DNA of 51,644 bases. Origin: a virus (Duplodnaviria > Caudoviricetes). Position numbers and translations under genes: made by a program. Positions 39,495-48,616 of this stretch are shown here, piece after piece; the stretch's first letter is position 1; every line of letters begins with the position of its first letter. The stretch spans positions 1 through 51,644 of IMG/VR virus record IMGVR_UViG_3300020374_001049. One strand, 5' to 3'. Below the pieces are notes generated by a model. It ran no database searches and was not told the DNA's origin. It saw only the letters and a list, made by a program, of their open reading frames with translations.

Positions 39495-40973
39495 ATGAGA
39501 ATATTAGGTATAAACTGCATGAACCATGATGCCGCTATGGCTGTGATTGATGGTTCTGAAATATTATGGGCCGCTCATGCAGAACGTTACAGCAAAATAA
39601 AAAATGATCATTATCTCAATCAACAGATTGTTAATGAGGCAAAGTCTTATGGGCCATTTGATAAAGTTGTTTACTACGAAAAACCATTATTAAAAAAAAC
39701 TAGACAATTGTATGCAGGGCAATATGGACTTGCTTTTAGCCTAAGTGAGATGCCATCTGATCATTGCAGAAAGTTTGGTATTAAAATAGATCAATATGTG
39801 AAACATCATGAGTCACATGCGGCCACTGGCTATTATACAGCACCTTTCCGTGACTGTGTAATTTTGACAGTTGATGCTATTGGCGAATGGGACACAATCA
39901 GTATCTGGACAGCATCCGGTGGGCAAATGAACTTGAAAGAAACAGTTAAGTATCCACATTCAATAGGTATACTGTATAGTGCTTTTACACAACGAGTTGG
40001 TTTAAAGCCTGCAGAAGAAGAATATATTCTAATGGGCATGGCCGCTTATGGAGAACCTAAGTATAAAGACAAAATATATAGAGAGTTTATACAGAGACCT
40101 ATGCCGTTTCAACTGAAGCACAATCTTCATATCGGCCTAAAAGACTGGATGCCGGAAGCAGACCCAATGGACATTGCCGCTTCTATACAGGCAGTAACCG
40201 AAGAACTTTTAGCAAACTTATGGAGTAAGGCCGCTTCTTATTTGCCACCTAAGGGTTTGATGTATCCAAAACACAATCTTGTGTTTGGCGGAGGAGTAGC
40301 ACTTAACTGTGCGGCAAACAGTAAACTGGCAAATCTAGGATTGTTTGATGACATATGGATTATGCCAAACCCAGGAGATGCAGGTTCCAGTATTGGCTGT
40401 GTTGCGGCCGCAGAGAAAAAGTTTTTGAATTGGCAACATCCTTTTTTAGGACACAATATAGAAGGAGAATATCCTGTAGAAAAAATAATAAAAGAATTAA
40501 AAGAAAACAAAATGTGTGGAGTGGCAAATGGCCGAGCAGAGTTTGGACCAAGAGCACTTGGTAATAGATCATTACTTGCCGACCCAAGAGGACCAGAAGT
40601 TAAAGATTTGGTAAACCAAATTAAGAGAAGACAGAAGTTTAGACCGTTTGCTCCTGCCATATTAGAAGAGGATGTAAACGATTATTTTGACCTACCTACA
40701 CACGTCAAAAACACCCCTTATATGCAATTTACAGCGGCGTGTACTGCTGGTAAAGACTTTCCGGCTATCATACACCATGACGGCACAAGTAGGGTTCAAA
40801 CGGTGCGTAAGACGGATAATCCAGGCTTTTATGAACTGTTAAAAGAGTGGAAAAAACAGACTGGTTGCCCTATACTTTTGAACACTAGTTTGAATATAAA
40901 GGGTCAGCCAATTGTGAATGACAGTGCTGATGGTAAAGCATTTGAGAACAAATACGGAGTGAAAGTTTTTTAA
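39495..40973 (+). CDS. Carbamoyltransferase, NodU/CmcH/TobZ family
   Basis: ILGIN..HDAAMA...ERYSKIK, HHESHA, DAIGE, MGMAAYG, GGVALNC.AN, GDAG, EFGPRALGNRS, RPFAP, DGTSRVQTV, LLNTSLN. Confidence 0.95.
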   Translation: MRILGINCMNHDAAMAVIDGSEILWAAHAERYSKIKNDHYLNQQIVNEAKSYGPFDKVVYYEKPLLKKTRQLYAGQYGLAFSLSEMPSDHCRKFGIKIDQYVKHHESHAATGYYTAPFRDCVILTVDAIGEWDTISIWTASGGQMNLKETVKYPHSIGILYSAFTQRVGLKPAEEEYILMGMAAYGEPKYKDKIYREFIQRPMPFQLKHNLHIGLKDWMPEADPMDIAASIQAVTEELLANLWSKAASYLPPKGLMYPKHNLVFGGGVALNCAANSKLANLGLFDDIWIMPNPGDAGSSIGCVAAAEKKFLNWQHPFLGHNIEGEYPVEKIIKELKENKMCGVANGRAEFGPRALGNRSLLADPRGPEVKDLVNQIKRRQKFRPFAPAILEEDVNDYFDLPTHVKNTPYMQFTAACTAGKDFPAIIHHDGTSRVQTVRKTDNPGFYELLKEWKKQTGCPILLNTSLNIKGQPIVNDSADGKAFENKYGVKVF

Positions 40974-41920
40974 TGAAAATATTAGTCACAGGCGGTTACG
41001 GATTTATTGGTTCCAAGATAGTAGAACTACTGTGTAAAAAACACAGTGTGACTGTTTTAGATAACATGGAAACCTATGGCATTGTTGACAAACAAGAACT
41101 TCGCAGGTTAGTCAAATGGAGAACAAGAAAATGGACAAAAGTTACTACTATGGAAGATACAGTTATTGATCGAATGGCAGGACTGAAAGCATTTAAAAGT
41201 CGACCAGATATTGTAATACATTTGGCATCGTATCCAAGAGCAAAAATTGTAAACAAAGATCCCATTGCAGGCATTGAACAGATTGTAAAAGGCACTACAA
41301 ATATGTTATGGCACGCCAAACAGTTTGGAGCAAAGAAATTTGTTTACATAAGTTCTTCAATGGTGTATGGAAATTTTTATAAAAAAACAAAAGAAGACGG
41401 AAAAACAAAACCAATAAACATTTACGGAGAAGCAAAACTTACAGGTGAACGACTTGTAAAATTGTTCTGTAAAGATTCAAATTTAAAATATAACATCATT
41501 AGACCCAGTGGTGTATACGGCCCAGGCGATTTGCCAGATAGAGTAGTGAGTAAATTTTTTGAAGCGGCCATGCAAAACAAAGATCTTAATGTACACAATG
41601 GTAAAAATAAAGTTGACTTTACATATAGGGGTGATGCCGCACAAGGCATTATTGATGTGGCACTTTCAAAAATACACAACACTAGTTTTAATATTACCTA
41701 TGGTAACGCAATCACACTTCAAAAAGCCGCTGAGGAGATTGTTAAAATTACAAACAGTAAAAGCAAAATTGTAGATACAGGAAGACATGCTTTATATCCT
41801 GACAGAGGTACTTTAGATATTACAAGAGCAAGAGAACTTGTTGATTATCATCCTAAATTTAATTTTGCAGAAGGACTTGTAAGCACTTACAGATGGATAA
41901 AAAATTATTATGGAAATTAA
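40973..41920 (+). CDS. NAD-dependent NDP-sugar epimerase/dehydratase (extended SDR)
   Basis: TGGYGFIG, HLA, SSSMVYG, YGEAK (YxxxK), RPSGVYGP. Confidence 0.92.
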   Translation: MKILVTGGYGFIGSKIVELLCKKHSVTVLDNMETYGIVDKQELRRLVKWRTRKWTKVTTMEDTVIDRMAGLKAFKSRPDIVIHLASYPRAKIVNKDPIAGIEQIVKGTTNMLWHAKQFGAKKFVYISSSMVYGNFYKKTKEDGKTKPINIYGEAKLTGERLVKLFCKDSNLKYNIIRPSGVYGPGDLPDRVVSKFFEAAMQNKDLNVHNGKNKVDFTYRGDAAQGIIDVALSKIHNTSFNITYGNAITLQKAAEEIVKITNSKSKIVDTGRHALYPDRGTLDITRARELVDYHPKFNFAEGLVSTYRWIKNYYGN

Positions 41921-42941
41921 ATTTAACGGTGTAGATAGATTGTATAACGAATTTTGGTATCGTCTTACTCGTAGAGCCATGGAGACATGGAATACTGGAC
42001 GTGTTGTTCAAGGCGAATATTTGCAAAAATTTGAAACTAAAATTGCCAAACAAGCATTTAGAAAATTTGGTGTAGGTGTAGGCAGTGCAACAGATGGTTT
42101 GTATTTTGCTATGAAGGCTTTAGGACTAGACCACAACAGCACTATTGCTTGTCCTGTTATTAGTTACAGTGCCACAAGAGATGCTATCACAAGACTTGGG
42201 GCAAAAATAAAATATATTGATGTTGACTCTATTGGCAACATTGGATCCTTAGACGGAGTAGAAGTTGATGCTGTTGTATATGTCAATTTATATGGTAATC
42301 CTGCTGACTATGACAGATTGAATAAATTTTGTGATGACAGAGGTATACCGCTGATAGAAGATGCCGCACAGTCACAGGGTGCATGGTACCATGGTAGACC
42401 AAGTGGTAAACTAGGCAAAATAAGTGTGTACAGTTTTAGTCCAACAAAAAACTTACCTTGTTTTGGAACAGGAGGCATGATTCTAACAGATAGTTTTCAA
42501 ACATATAAAAAACTGTTGGATTTAAGAAAAGGTCCTACAGGTCATAACAGTTGGATAAGTGAAGATCATGCAAACCAAATGACCTTTTTACTTGGCAAGT
42601 TTGACAAACTGCAAAAAATGAGATTAAAAATTTACCAAAGGTATCAAAAAAATTTACCTAATATACAATTTTTGAAAACAACTGAAAAAGGATTGTTTAG
42701 TAGTATGCATAAGTGTGTGATTTTGTCAAACGAAAGAAACAAACTAAAAACTTTTTTGGAAAAAAGTGGGATACAAACACAAATACATTATACCTATTTA
42801 CTAGATGATATACCAACTAATCATTATCCAATGGCAGAACTAATACAAGCACAGTGTTTAAGTTTGCCAATTTATCCATATTTAAAAAATAATGAAATAG
42901 ATTACATTTGTAATAAAATAAATTACTTTTATGGCGTTTGA
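41910..42941 (+). CDS. DegT/DnrJ/EryC1/StrS PLP-dependent sugar aminotransferase
   Basis: SATDGL, IEDAAQSQGA, SFSPTKNL (PLP lysine), GTGG, QIHY, LSLPIYP. Confidence 0.92.
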   Translation: MEIKFNGVDRLYNEFWYRLTRRAMETWNTGRVVQGEYLQKFETKIAKQAFRKFGVGVGSATDGLYFAMKALGLDHNSTIACPVISYSATRDAITRLGAKIKYIDVDSIGNIGSLDGVEVDAVVYVNLYGNPADYDRLNKFCDDRGIPLIEDAAQSQGAWYHGRPSGKLGKISVYSFSPTKNLPCFGTGGMILTDSFQTYKKLLDLRKGPTGHNSWISEDHANQMTFLLGKFDKLQKMRLKIYQRYQKNLPNIQFLKTTEKGLFSSMHKCVILSNERNKLKTFLEKSGIQTQIHYTYLLDDIPTNHYPMAELIQAQCLSLPIYPYLKNNEIDYICNKINYFYGV

Positions 42942-44259
42942 TTGTTACTGTATAGATTTTAAAAACAAAGATAGCAAAAAAAACATTGCTACAATAAAAG
43001 AAAAATTTCCTTATGTAGAAGTGTTACCGTTTATTAAAAATTTTAAACATCTTTTGAAATATGCGGCAGAACATTCAAAAACTTCACATGCATGGTTATT
43101 AAGTAGTGTTTGTGATTACAGCACAGTAGATTTTGATTTTATACCGGAACAGTTTGAAAAAGACCAACTGCACGTTTGGAATGTACCGGAACAAACAGAA
43201 GGTGATACATTTTTAGTTGCAAAAAACTTTAATGAACAAGACCCAAAGTTTTTAAGAGACTATCGTGATATAAATTATCATATCTCGGACAATATCAAGT
43301 ATGACAACCATATAGATGAATACTATTACGATTTATCAAATGCTGTAGAATCATTACCACAAACATTTGAACCACGTCATCAATATATTTGTTATAAACC
43401 TAAAGATGCAGAAACAAAACAAGTTTATCCATCTTATTGGGACGATTTAAAAATAATAAGATACAAAGATGTATTTTATGTGCCAAAGATAGCCATACCA
43501 CAGATTAAAATAGACATCTATGACTATCCATACATATTCAACATTGCAAAACCTGAACAAAAAGACTGCTTTGACACTTTTTATATCAGCAATGGCGAAC
43601 CTTTTGAAAAACAGAATTGGACAGATCTTACTAACCATTTCAAAGAAGAAAATTTGCCAAACAGATTAGAATGGGTACAAGGGATCAACGGAAGGTCAGA
43701 AGCATATAAAGAAACCGCGAGAAGATCCAACACAGAATATTTTTATGCTGTGTTTGCCAAAAGTCGGACACATAGATGGTTTAGTTTTGACTTTCAGGTT
43801 GATAGAGCCAAATCAAAGAGACATTATATTTTTCAGTCGTATTTGCCTGAACTTAAAATAAATTACGGCACATACAATATTAACCTTTACAACAAAACAC
43901 ATACACTTGCCACACCTGATCTTGTGCTTGACTTTACATTAAGTAAACCACACGAAGTTATTCCAGGTTATGCCTCAAGTGCTTTATTGACTCCAGACAA
44001 TTATACTTCATGGAAAAATGGATTTAGAGAAGTTGCAAAATTAGTGTATTGGTACAAAAATAAACCAACAGTTGAAAATAATTTTAGAATTAAAAAGTGG
44101 TTAGCCTGCGATCATGAATGGTTGCAAAAAGGCGCACAAGAAGGTAAAAAATTTACTGAAGAGTCAAATTACAATTTAGAAACTATTCTTAAAACTTACA
44201 GTTGGGACTTTTGTAGGGCAAAATTTAAACAACTGTATCCAAATGAACCGTTGTATTAA
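42931..44259 (+). CDS. Glycosyltransferase-like protein, paralog of 31213 with an extra degenerate N-terminal repeat and no DxD
   Basis: The C-terminal half DTFYISNGEP...GINGRSEAYKETARRSNTEYFYAVFAKS...YG...DFTL...SWKNGFREVAKL aligns with the 31213 product. Confidence 0.65.
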   Translation: MAFDCYCIDFKNKDSKKNIATIKEKFPYVEVLPFIKNFKHLLKYAAEHSKTSHAWLLSSVCDYSTVDFDFIPEQFEKDQLHVWNVPEQTEGDTFLVAKNFNEQDPKFLRDYRDINYHISDNIKYDNHIDEYYYDLSNAVESLPQTFEPRHQYICYKPKDAETKQVYPSYWDDLKIIRYKDVFYVPKIAIPQIKIDIYDYPYIFNIAKPEQKDCFDTFYISNGEPFEKQNWTDLTNHFKEENLPNRLEWVQGINGRSEAYKETARRSNTEYFYAVFAKSRTHRWFSFDFQVDRAKSKRHYIFQSYLPELKINYGTYNINLYNKTHTLATPDLVLDFTLSKPHEVIPGYASSALLTPDNYTSWKNGFREVAKLVYWYKNKPTVENNFRIKKWLACDHEWLQKGAQEGKKFTEESNYNLETILKTYSWDFCRAKFKQLYPNEPLY

Positions 44260-45226
44260 TATTTAAATTATCAATATAAAATTTTTGTTTTAAAAACCAA
44301 TCTATATATTCTGGGATACCTGTTTCAATATCAATAGAAGGTGCATAGTTTAACATGGTTTTTATTTTGTCACTGTTTAGTGTGTCTCTGCTAGGATAAA
44401 ATTTATCATGTGGTTTAGTAATAATTTCACCGGTGCCTAGTGTATTCTTAACAAGTTCAGCGGCTTCAATTATTTTTCTGCCATAACCACGTGTGCAATT
44501 AAAAGTTTCGTTGTATACTTCACTTGTACAAGCCAACACAAAATATTCAGCAACTTCTTTTACATTAGAAAAATCCAATTTGTTATCTGGTCCTTGTACA
44601 GTCATTTTGCCTGTTGTTAGTGCGTTCTTGGTCAATTGACTTATCACTCTCACAATGGCATCAGTGCATCCATATAATGCTGAAGGTCTCATGATAACAT
44701 AGGGTAATCCTTTTTCTCTGTGCCAAATTTTACACATCAATTCACCTTGCCTTTTGTAACTTCCATACAAAGTGTTAGGCCTAGGTTCAACTGTTTCGTC
44801 TGGAATATTGTTATCAAATTCTCCATAGACCATACTACTTGATGCAAAAACGAATTTTGTTACTTTGTGCTTTACGCACAAATCAAGAATATATGCTGTG
44901 GCAGTAATCATGTTGTTGGTGGCATCTAAAACATTTCTAGCAACCATTTTTGCATTTGGATAAGTTGCAACATGTATGACTCTGTCTGGTTTAAAGTCAG
45001 CAAATACATTTTGCATAAATTGTAAGTTTTCAATCTGTCCAATATATTCTTTAGCAGGATTGGCAAGTTGTTTTCTTTGAGACATTAATGGCTGATATTC
45101 CCAATCAGGAAATGTGTAGTATTGATGAAAACAGTCTACTATACCTACTGTGTGATTTTGTTTGTTGAGTTTTTCTGCTATATGACTTCCGATAAATCCA
45201 TATCCACCTAATATTAATATTCTCAC
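44225..45226 (-). CDS. NAD-dependent NDP-sugar epimerase/dehydratase (extended SDR)
   Basis: LGGYGFIG, SSSMVYG, YGSYK, RPSALYG. The likely start is the GTG at 45226 (GTGA overlap with the upstream stop, GGAG SD); the ATG at 45238 is the alternative. Confidence 0.9.
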   Translation of the reverse strand: MRILILGGYGFIGSHIAEKLNKQNHTVGIVDCFHQYYTFPDWEYQPLMSQRKQLANPAKEYIGQIENLQFMQNVFADFKPDRVIHVATYPNAKMVARNVLDATNNMITATAYILDLCVKHKVTKFVFASSSMVYGEFDNNIPDETVEPRPNTLYGSYKRQGELMCKIWHREKGLPYVIMRPSALYGCTDAIVRVISQLTKNALTTGKMTVQGPDNKLDFSNVKEVAEYFVLACTSEVYNETFNCTRGYGRKIIEAAELVKNTLGTGEIITKPHDKFYPSRDTLNSDKIKTMLNYAPSIDIETGIPEYIDWFLKQKFYIDNLNINTTVHLDTVV

Positions 45227-45864
45227 ACTGTTCTCCATTTTAGTTCAAAGGCTTCTGCATATTTTGTAGCAGTCATTTGCCCTCTATATGCGGCTAGTCC
45301 TTTTATGTTGTGTAGTAAAGTTTCATTAAAATAACTGTCGTAACAACTTACTAATTGTATTTTTTTATCAATGTGTTCACTTATATCTACAAACACTGTT
45401 GGATTGAACAATTTGTTTTTATTACTATATGGACCTGCTTCCATTAACCAGAACTCACCTTGCCATCTACGAAGACTGCTGTTGACAATGTTAAAAGTGT
45501 TTACATGGTCTTGGTGATGATCCCCTGGACTGTGTGTAATAATTAGATCATAATTTTTATTATGAACTATGTCATCCATCATTTTCACAAATGTACTATT
45601 CCACTCCAGCATTGGTCGGCCTTCTTCTGTCACCGGATTTTTCATTATATAATATTTTATACCAAAAATACTTTCTGCTTTTTTGTATTCCTCGATCATT
45701 TTGTCTCTTGATCTATGAACACTAGGTCTTGGAGCATTATCATCTCGTGTTACCACGATATCTATTTCCGCACCTTGTTGTTGGTACTTTAAAAGTGTAC
45801 CACTACATCCTAGTTCTACATCATCAGGATGAGCACCTATGGCAAGTATTTTCTTCACAGACAT
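45223..45864 (-). CDS. PIG-L/LmbE family N-acetyl-sugar deacetylase
   Basis: AIGAHPDDVELG, THSPGDHHQDH, FVDIS..K..YDS, AEAF. Confidence 0.92.
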   Translation of the reverse strand: MSVKKILAIGAHPDDVELGCSGTLLKYQQQGAEIDIVVTRDDNAPRPSVHRSRDKMIEEYKKAESIFGIKYYIMKNPVTEEGRPMLEWNSTFVKMMDDIVHNKNYDLIITHSPGDHHQDHVNTFNIVNSSLRRWQGEFWLMEAGPYSNKNKLFNPTVFVDISEHIDKKIQLVSCYDSYFNETLLHNIKGLAAYRGQMTATKYAEAFELKWRTV

Positions 45865-46739
45865 ATCTTTGTTCCTTTATTATAACTTTCTTCCAATGCA
45901 TCAACAATTTTTGTTACTCTGTTGGCATGATTTAAATTAGAAATTGGCAATTTATTTTCCATTACATAGTCTTGAAATGCTTTGATTTGATTTTGTAAAG
46001 GTGATATATCGTCATCAATATGCAATTGATGAGATGGCCCTTGTTGTTGCCTTTTGTTTTCATCAAGAAATAGTTCTTTTATCCAAATGCTTTTATCCAA
46101 ATCGTTCCATACAATATGCTTTGTGTCGCATACAAAATTTGTTTCTCTTACTTTTTCGTGGTTGTACCAACCCAATTCTAATGTAACATGCTGTGAGCCA
46201 TAGTCAAGAAAACAATAAACCACATCAGGTTGTGCGTGGCCTGTAATCTTTACTCCATGACTGTATACACTTAATGGATTACGTTTAAATAAATCATCAA
46301 AAAGTGCAACGTCATGTGGTGCAAGGTTTAGTATTGGTGTTATATTTTTTTTAAATCTGCCCCATGCGTTTCTTCTTACATGCACATATTTTAAATTTTT
46401 TATAAGTGGCTTAATTTTTTTGTATAGGTTATTGTAAAGTAAAATATGTCCAACCATAACTTTTTGATTTGTAATTGCATTGCATATCCTTTTTAATTCC
46501 TGGCTATTTTGTGCAATAGGTTTTTCAACTAAAATATTATTCTGATTTTTTAGAAGTTGTATTGTTGTGTTTGCGTGGTCTTCGGCGGGTGTAGCAACAA
46601 TAACACCGTTGTGAGTTTTAGGATTTATTCCTGATATGTCACTGCCTATTTCAAATACATCTGTTTGTATATTCAGTGCATAACATTCTTTTGCAATTTT
46701 TGTTCCCCAATATCCTTGTCCAATTAATGCTAGTTTCAT
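45855..46739 (-). CDS. Gfo/Idh/MocA family NAD-dependent oxidoreductase
   Basis: LIGQGYWG, VATP..H, LVEKP, MVGH, LAPHD. Confidence 0.9.
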   Translation of the reverse strand: MKLALIGQGYWGTKIAKECYALNIQTDVFEIGSDISGINPKTHNGVIVATPAEDHANTTIQLLKNQNNILVEKPIAQNSQELKRICNAITNQKVMVGHILLYNNLYKKIKPLIKNLKYVHVRRNAWGRFKKNITPILNLAPHDVALFDDLFKRNPLSVYSHGVKITGHAQPDVVYCFLDYGSQHVTLELGWYNHEKVRETNFVCDTKHIVWNDLDKSIWIKELFLDENKRQQQGPSHQLHIDDDISPLQNQIKAFQDYVMENKLPISNLNHANRVTKIVDALEESYNKGTKICL

Positions 46740-47788
46740 GATCTAACCACCTTGATTATTTTTTCAACATCCTCGTCTGTAAGATATTGATGAACAGGTA
46801 TGGCTAAACCAGTTTTACTTGAAAATTCTGTGTTTTCATATGTGTGGCCATCGTTGTAAGGTTGGGTTTTATGCAATGGTGTTTCATAGTACACTCTGCT
46901 TTGTATTTGTTCGTCACCTAGTTTTGCTTGTATGTCTTTGTTATTTGTTGTACGAATTACATATTGATGCCAGACACTTTCTGAATAATCTTTGTTTTTC
47001 TGCAATTCTAATATATCTTTAAAATTACTATTGTAGTGTTCAGCAATTTGTTTTCTTCTTGAATTCCATTTGTCAAGATACGGAAATTTGTTAGATAAAA
47101 TTTCTGCTTGTATTGTGTCCATTCTCGCATTGTATCCAACTTTGATTGTGTTAAATTTTTTGTGTTGTGCGTGATTACGTAAAAGTTTTATTTCTTCTAT
47201 TAATTCTTTACTGCCAGTGACTGCACCTCCGTCACCCCAACAGGCTAAATTTTTAGTTGGATAAAAACTAAAACAAGTAAGATCCGCTTGGCCACCTATG
47301 TTAACACCTTTATATTTTGCTCCTATACTCTGTGCGGCGTCTTCAATTACAGGTAAACCAAATGACTTCAATGTGTCAATGTCGCAAACATTTCCAAATA
47401 TGTCAACACACAGTATTGCTTTTGTTTTTGCAGTGATTTTTTGTTTTATTTGATCTGTGTCTATGCACATGTCGTCTCTGTTAATATCTACAAAAACAGG
47501 TTTTGCTCCTATCTGTGCTATAACTTCTACAGAACTTATCCATGTGTAAGGAGTTGTGATTACTTCATCACCTGGCTTTACACCCAACGCCAATAATGAA
47601 AGCATCAAAGCAGTTGTGCAACTACTGGTTCCTGCGGCATCTTCAGCACCACAATAGTTGGCCAAAGTTTCTTCAAATACTTTTTGTTTTTCTCCGTGTA
47701 TAAACTGTTTGGTTTGCCAAGTGTATGAGAATTGTGTGCTTGGATTGTCTAAACCTCGCTCATAGCCAAACTCAGACAAGGCTATCAT
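46736..47788 (-). CDS. DegT/DnrJ/EryC1/StrS PLP-dependent sugar aminotransferase
   Basis: SCTTAL, GDEVIT, GAKPVFVDI, IEDAAQSIGA, SFYPTKNL, GDGG, GYNARMDTIQA. Confidence 0.95.
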   Translation of the reverse strand: MIALSEFGYERGLDNPSTQFSYTWQTKQFIHGEKQKVFEETLANYCGAEDAAGTSSCTTALMLSLLALGVKPGDEVITTPYTWISSVEVIAQIGAKPVFVDINRDDMCIDTDQIKQKITAKTKAILCVDIFGNVCDIDTLKSFGLPVIEDAAQSIGAKYKGVNIGGQADLTCFSFYPTKNLACWGDGGAVTGSKELIEEIKLLRNHAQHKKFNTIKVGYNARMDTIQAEILSNKFPYLDKWNSRRKQIAEHYNSNFKDILELQKNKDYSESVWHQYVIRTTNNKDIQAKLGDEQIQSRVYYETPLHKTQPYNDGHTYENTEFSSKTGLAIPVHQYLTDEDVEKIIKVVRS

Positions 47789-48132
47789 TGTTTAAATGCC
47801 TTGTTTAACATTTTTGCTGTTTTGCCTTTTATGTCTCTTTTAAGTTTGGTCATATTAAACTTTAGATCCACGTGTTTAATTACAGCATAATGTTTTTTAA
47901 TATATCTTCTAAGCATATCTGCTGTGGCTGTTTTAGAAGCACGTTTAAGTGTTTTTAAAACGTCGATGCTGATAGTGATATTATTTTTTAGATGTAATTG
48001 TATACTGTCTAGATAGTCAACAGGCATCTTGGAAAGTTCAATGCCTTCTAAAACATCAGGCCATTGTTTTACAAAATGCTGAGAAAGTTGTGCCCAGTTT
48101 TTATTTTTTGGCTGTTTCTTTTTTTGCGGCAT
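47785..48132 (-). CDS. Hypothetical protein
   Basis: 115-aa basic ORF with an ATGA-type overlap into the DegT gene. Confidence 0.6.
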   Translation of the reverse strand: MPQKKKQPKNKNWAQLSQHFVKQWPDVLEGIELSKMPVDYLDSIQLHLKNNITISIDVLKTLKRASKTATADMLRRYIKKHYAVIKHVDLKFNMTKLKRDIKGKTAKMLNKAFKQ

Positions 48133-48607
48133 CTTTGGTTTGCTTAGGTGTTGGATCTGCTACCGCTAATTCTGAAACTTTGACGCCACGTTCTTTTGCA
48201 ATAAGTTTGTTTAATTCATCTAAAGCAACTTCTCCATCGTTGCCTGAACCCATTGTAACAATCACGTTTTTAGTTGGCATTTTTTTGATGTAATTGCCTT
48301 GATGTAAAAAGGCCAACATATTAGTACCATCCGGAAATGATCTTCTTGCTAGTACATCGCCAAGTTCAAAAGCGGCTTGACCTTCTTGAGATTCAATTGC
48401 GTTCATTAAAGCATTGTGGTTAGTGTCATCTAAAAATTTAGGACCCATAACCAAACAGTTTGTAGGTTCGTCTGGTACAGTTCTAAAAATTATTGCCACA
48501 CTAGCACCATCATCTTTTAATTTTCCTATATGCTTAAATTGTCTTCTGTTAGACTGCACTGTTTGTTTTGTGCCGTCAATGTCCATTGGCATCATTTGTT
48601 GTACCAT
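48101..48607 (-). CDS. Hypothetical phage protein
   Basis: 168-aa ORF with SD AGGAG upstream. Confidence 0.7.
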   Translation of the reverse strand: MVQQMMPMDIDGTKQTVQSNRRQFKHIGKLKDDGASVAIIFRTVPDEPTNCLVMGPKFLDDTNHNALMNAIESQEGQAAFELGDVLARRSFPDGTNMLAFLHQGNYIKKMPTKNVIVTMGSGNDGEVALDELNKLIAKERGVKVSELAVADPTPKQTKDAAKKETAKK

Positions 48608-48616
48608 GTTGTTCTC

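Noticed and set aside
44255-44295. Bidirectional terminator at the convergence point
   Set aside because: Only AT-rich quasi-palindromes within coding sequence; no GC stem with a U-tract.
29025-47788. The island as a DNA hypermodification pathway
   Set aside because: Disfavoured but not excluded. No thymidylate-synthase-like hydroxymethylase, TET/JBP dioxygenase, queuosine-pathway or nucleotide kinase gene is visible here, the context is structural, and the restriction-site avoidance suggests exposed DNA. Carbamoyltransferases and GTs can act on modified DNA bases, so nucleoside MS is still needed.
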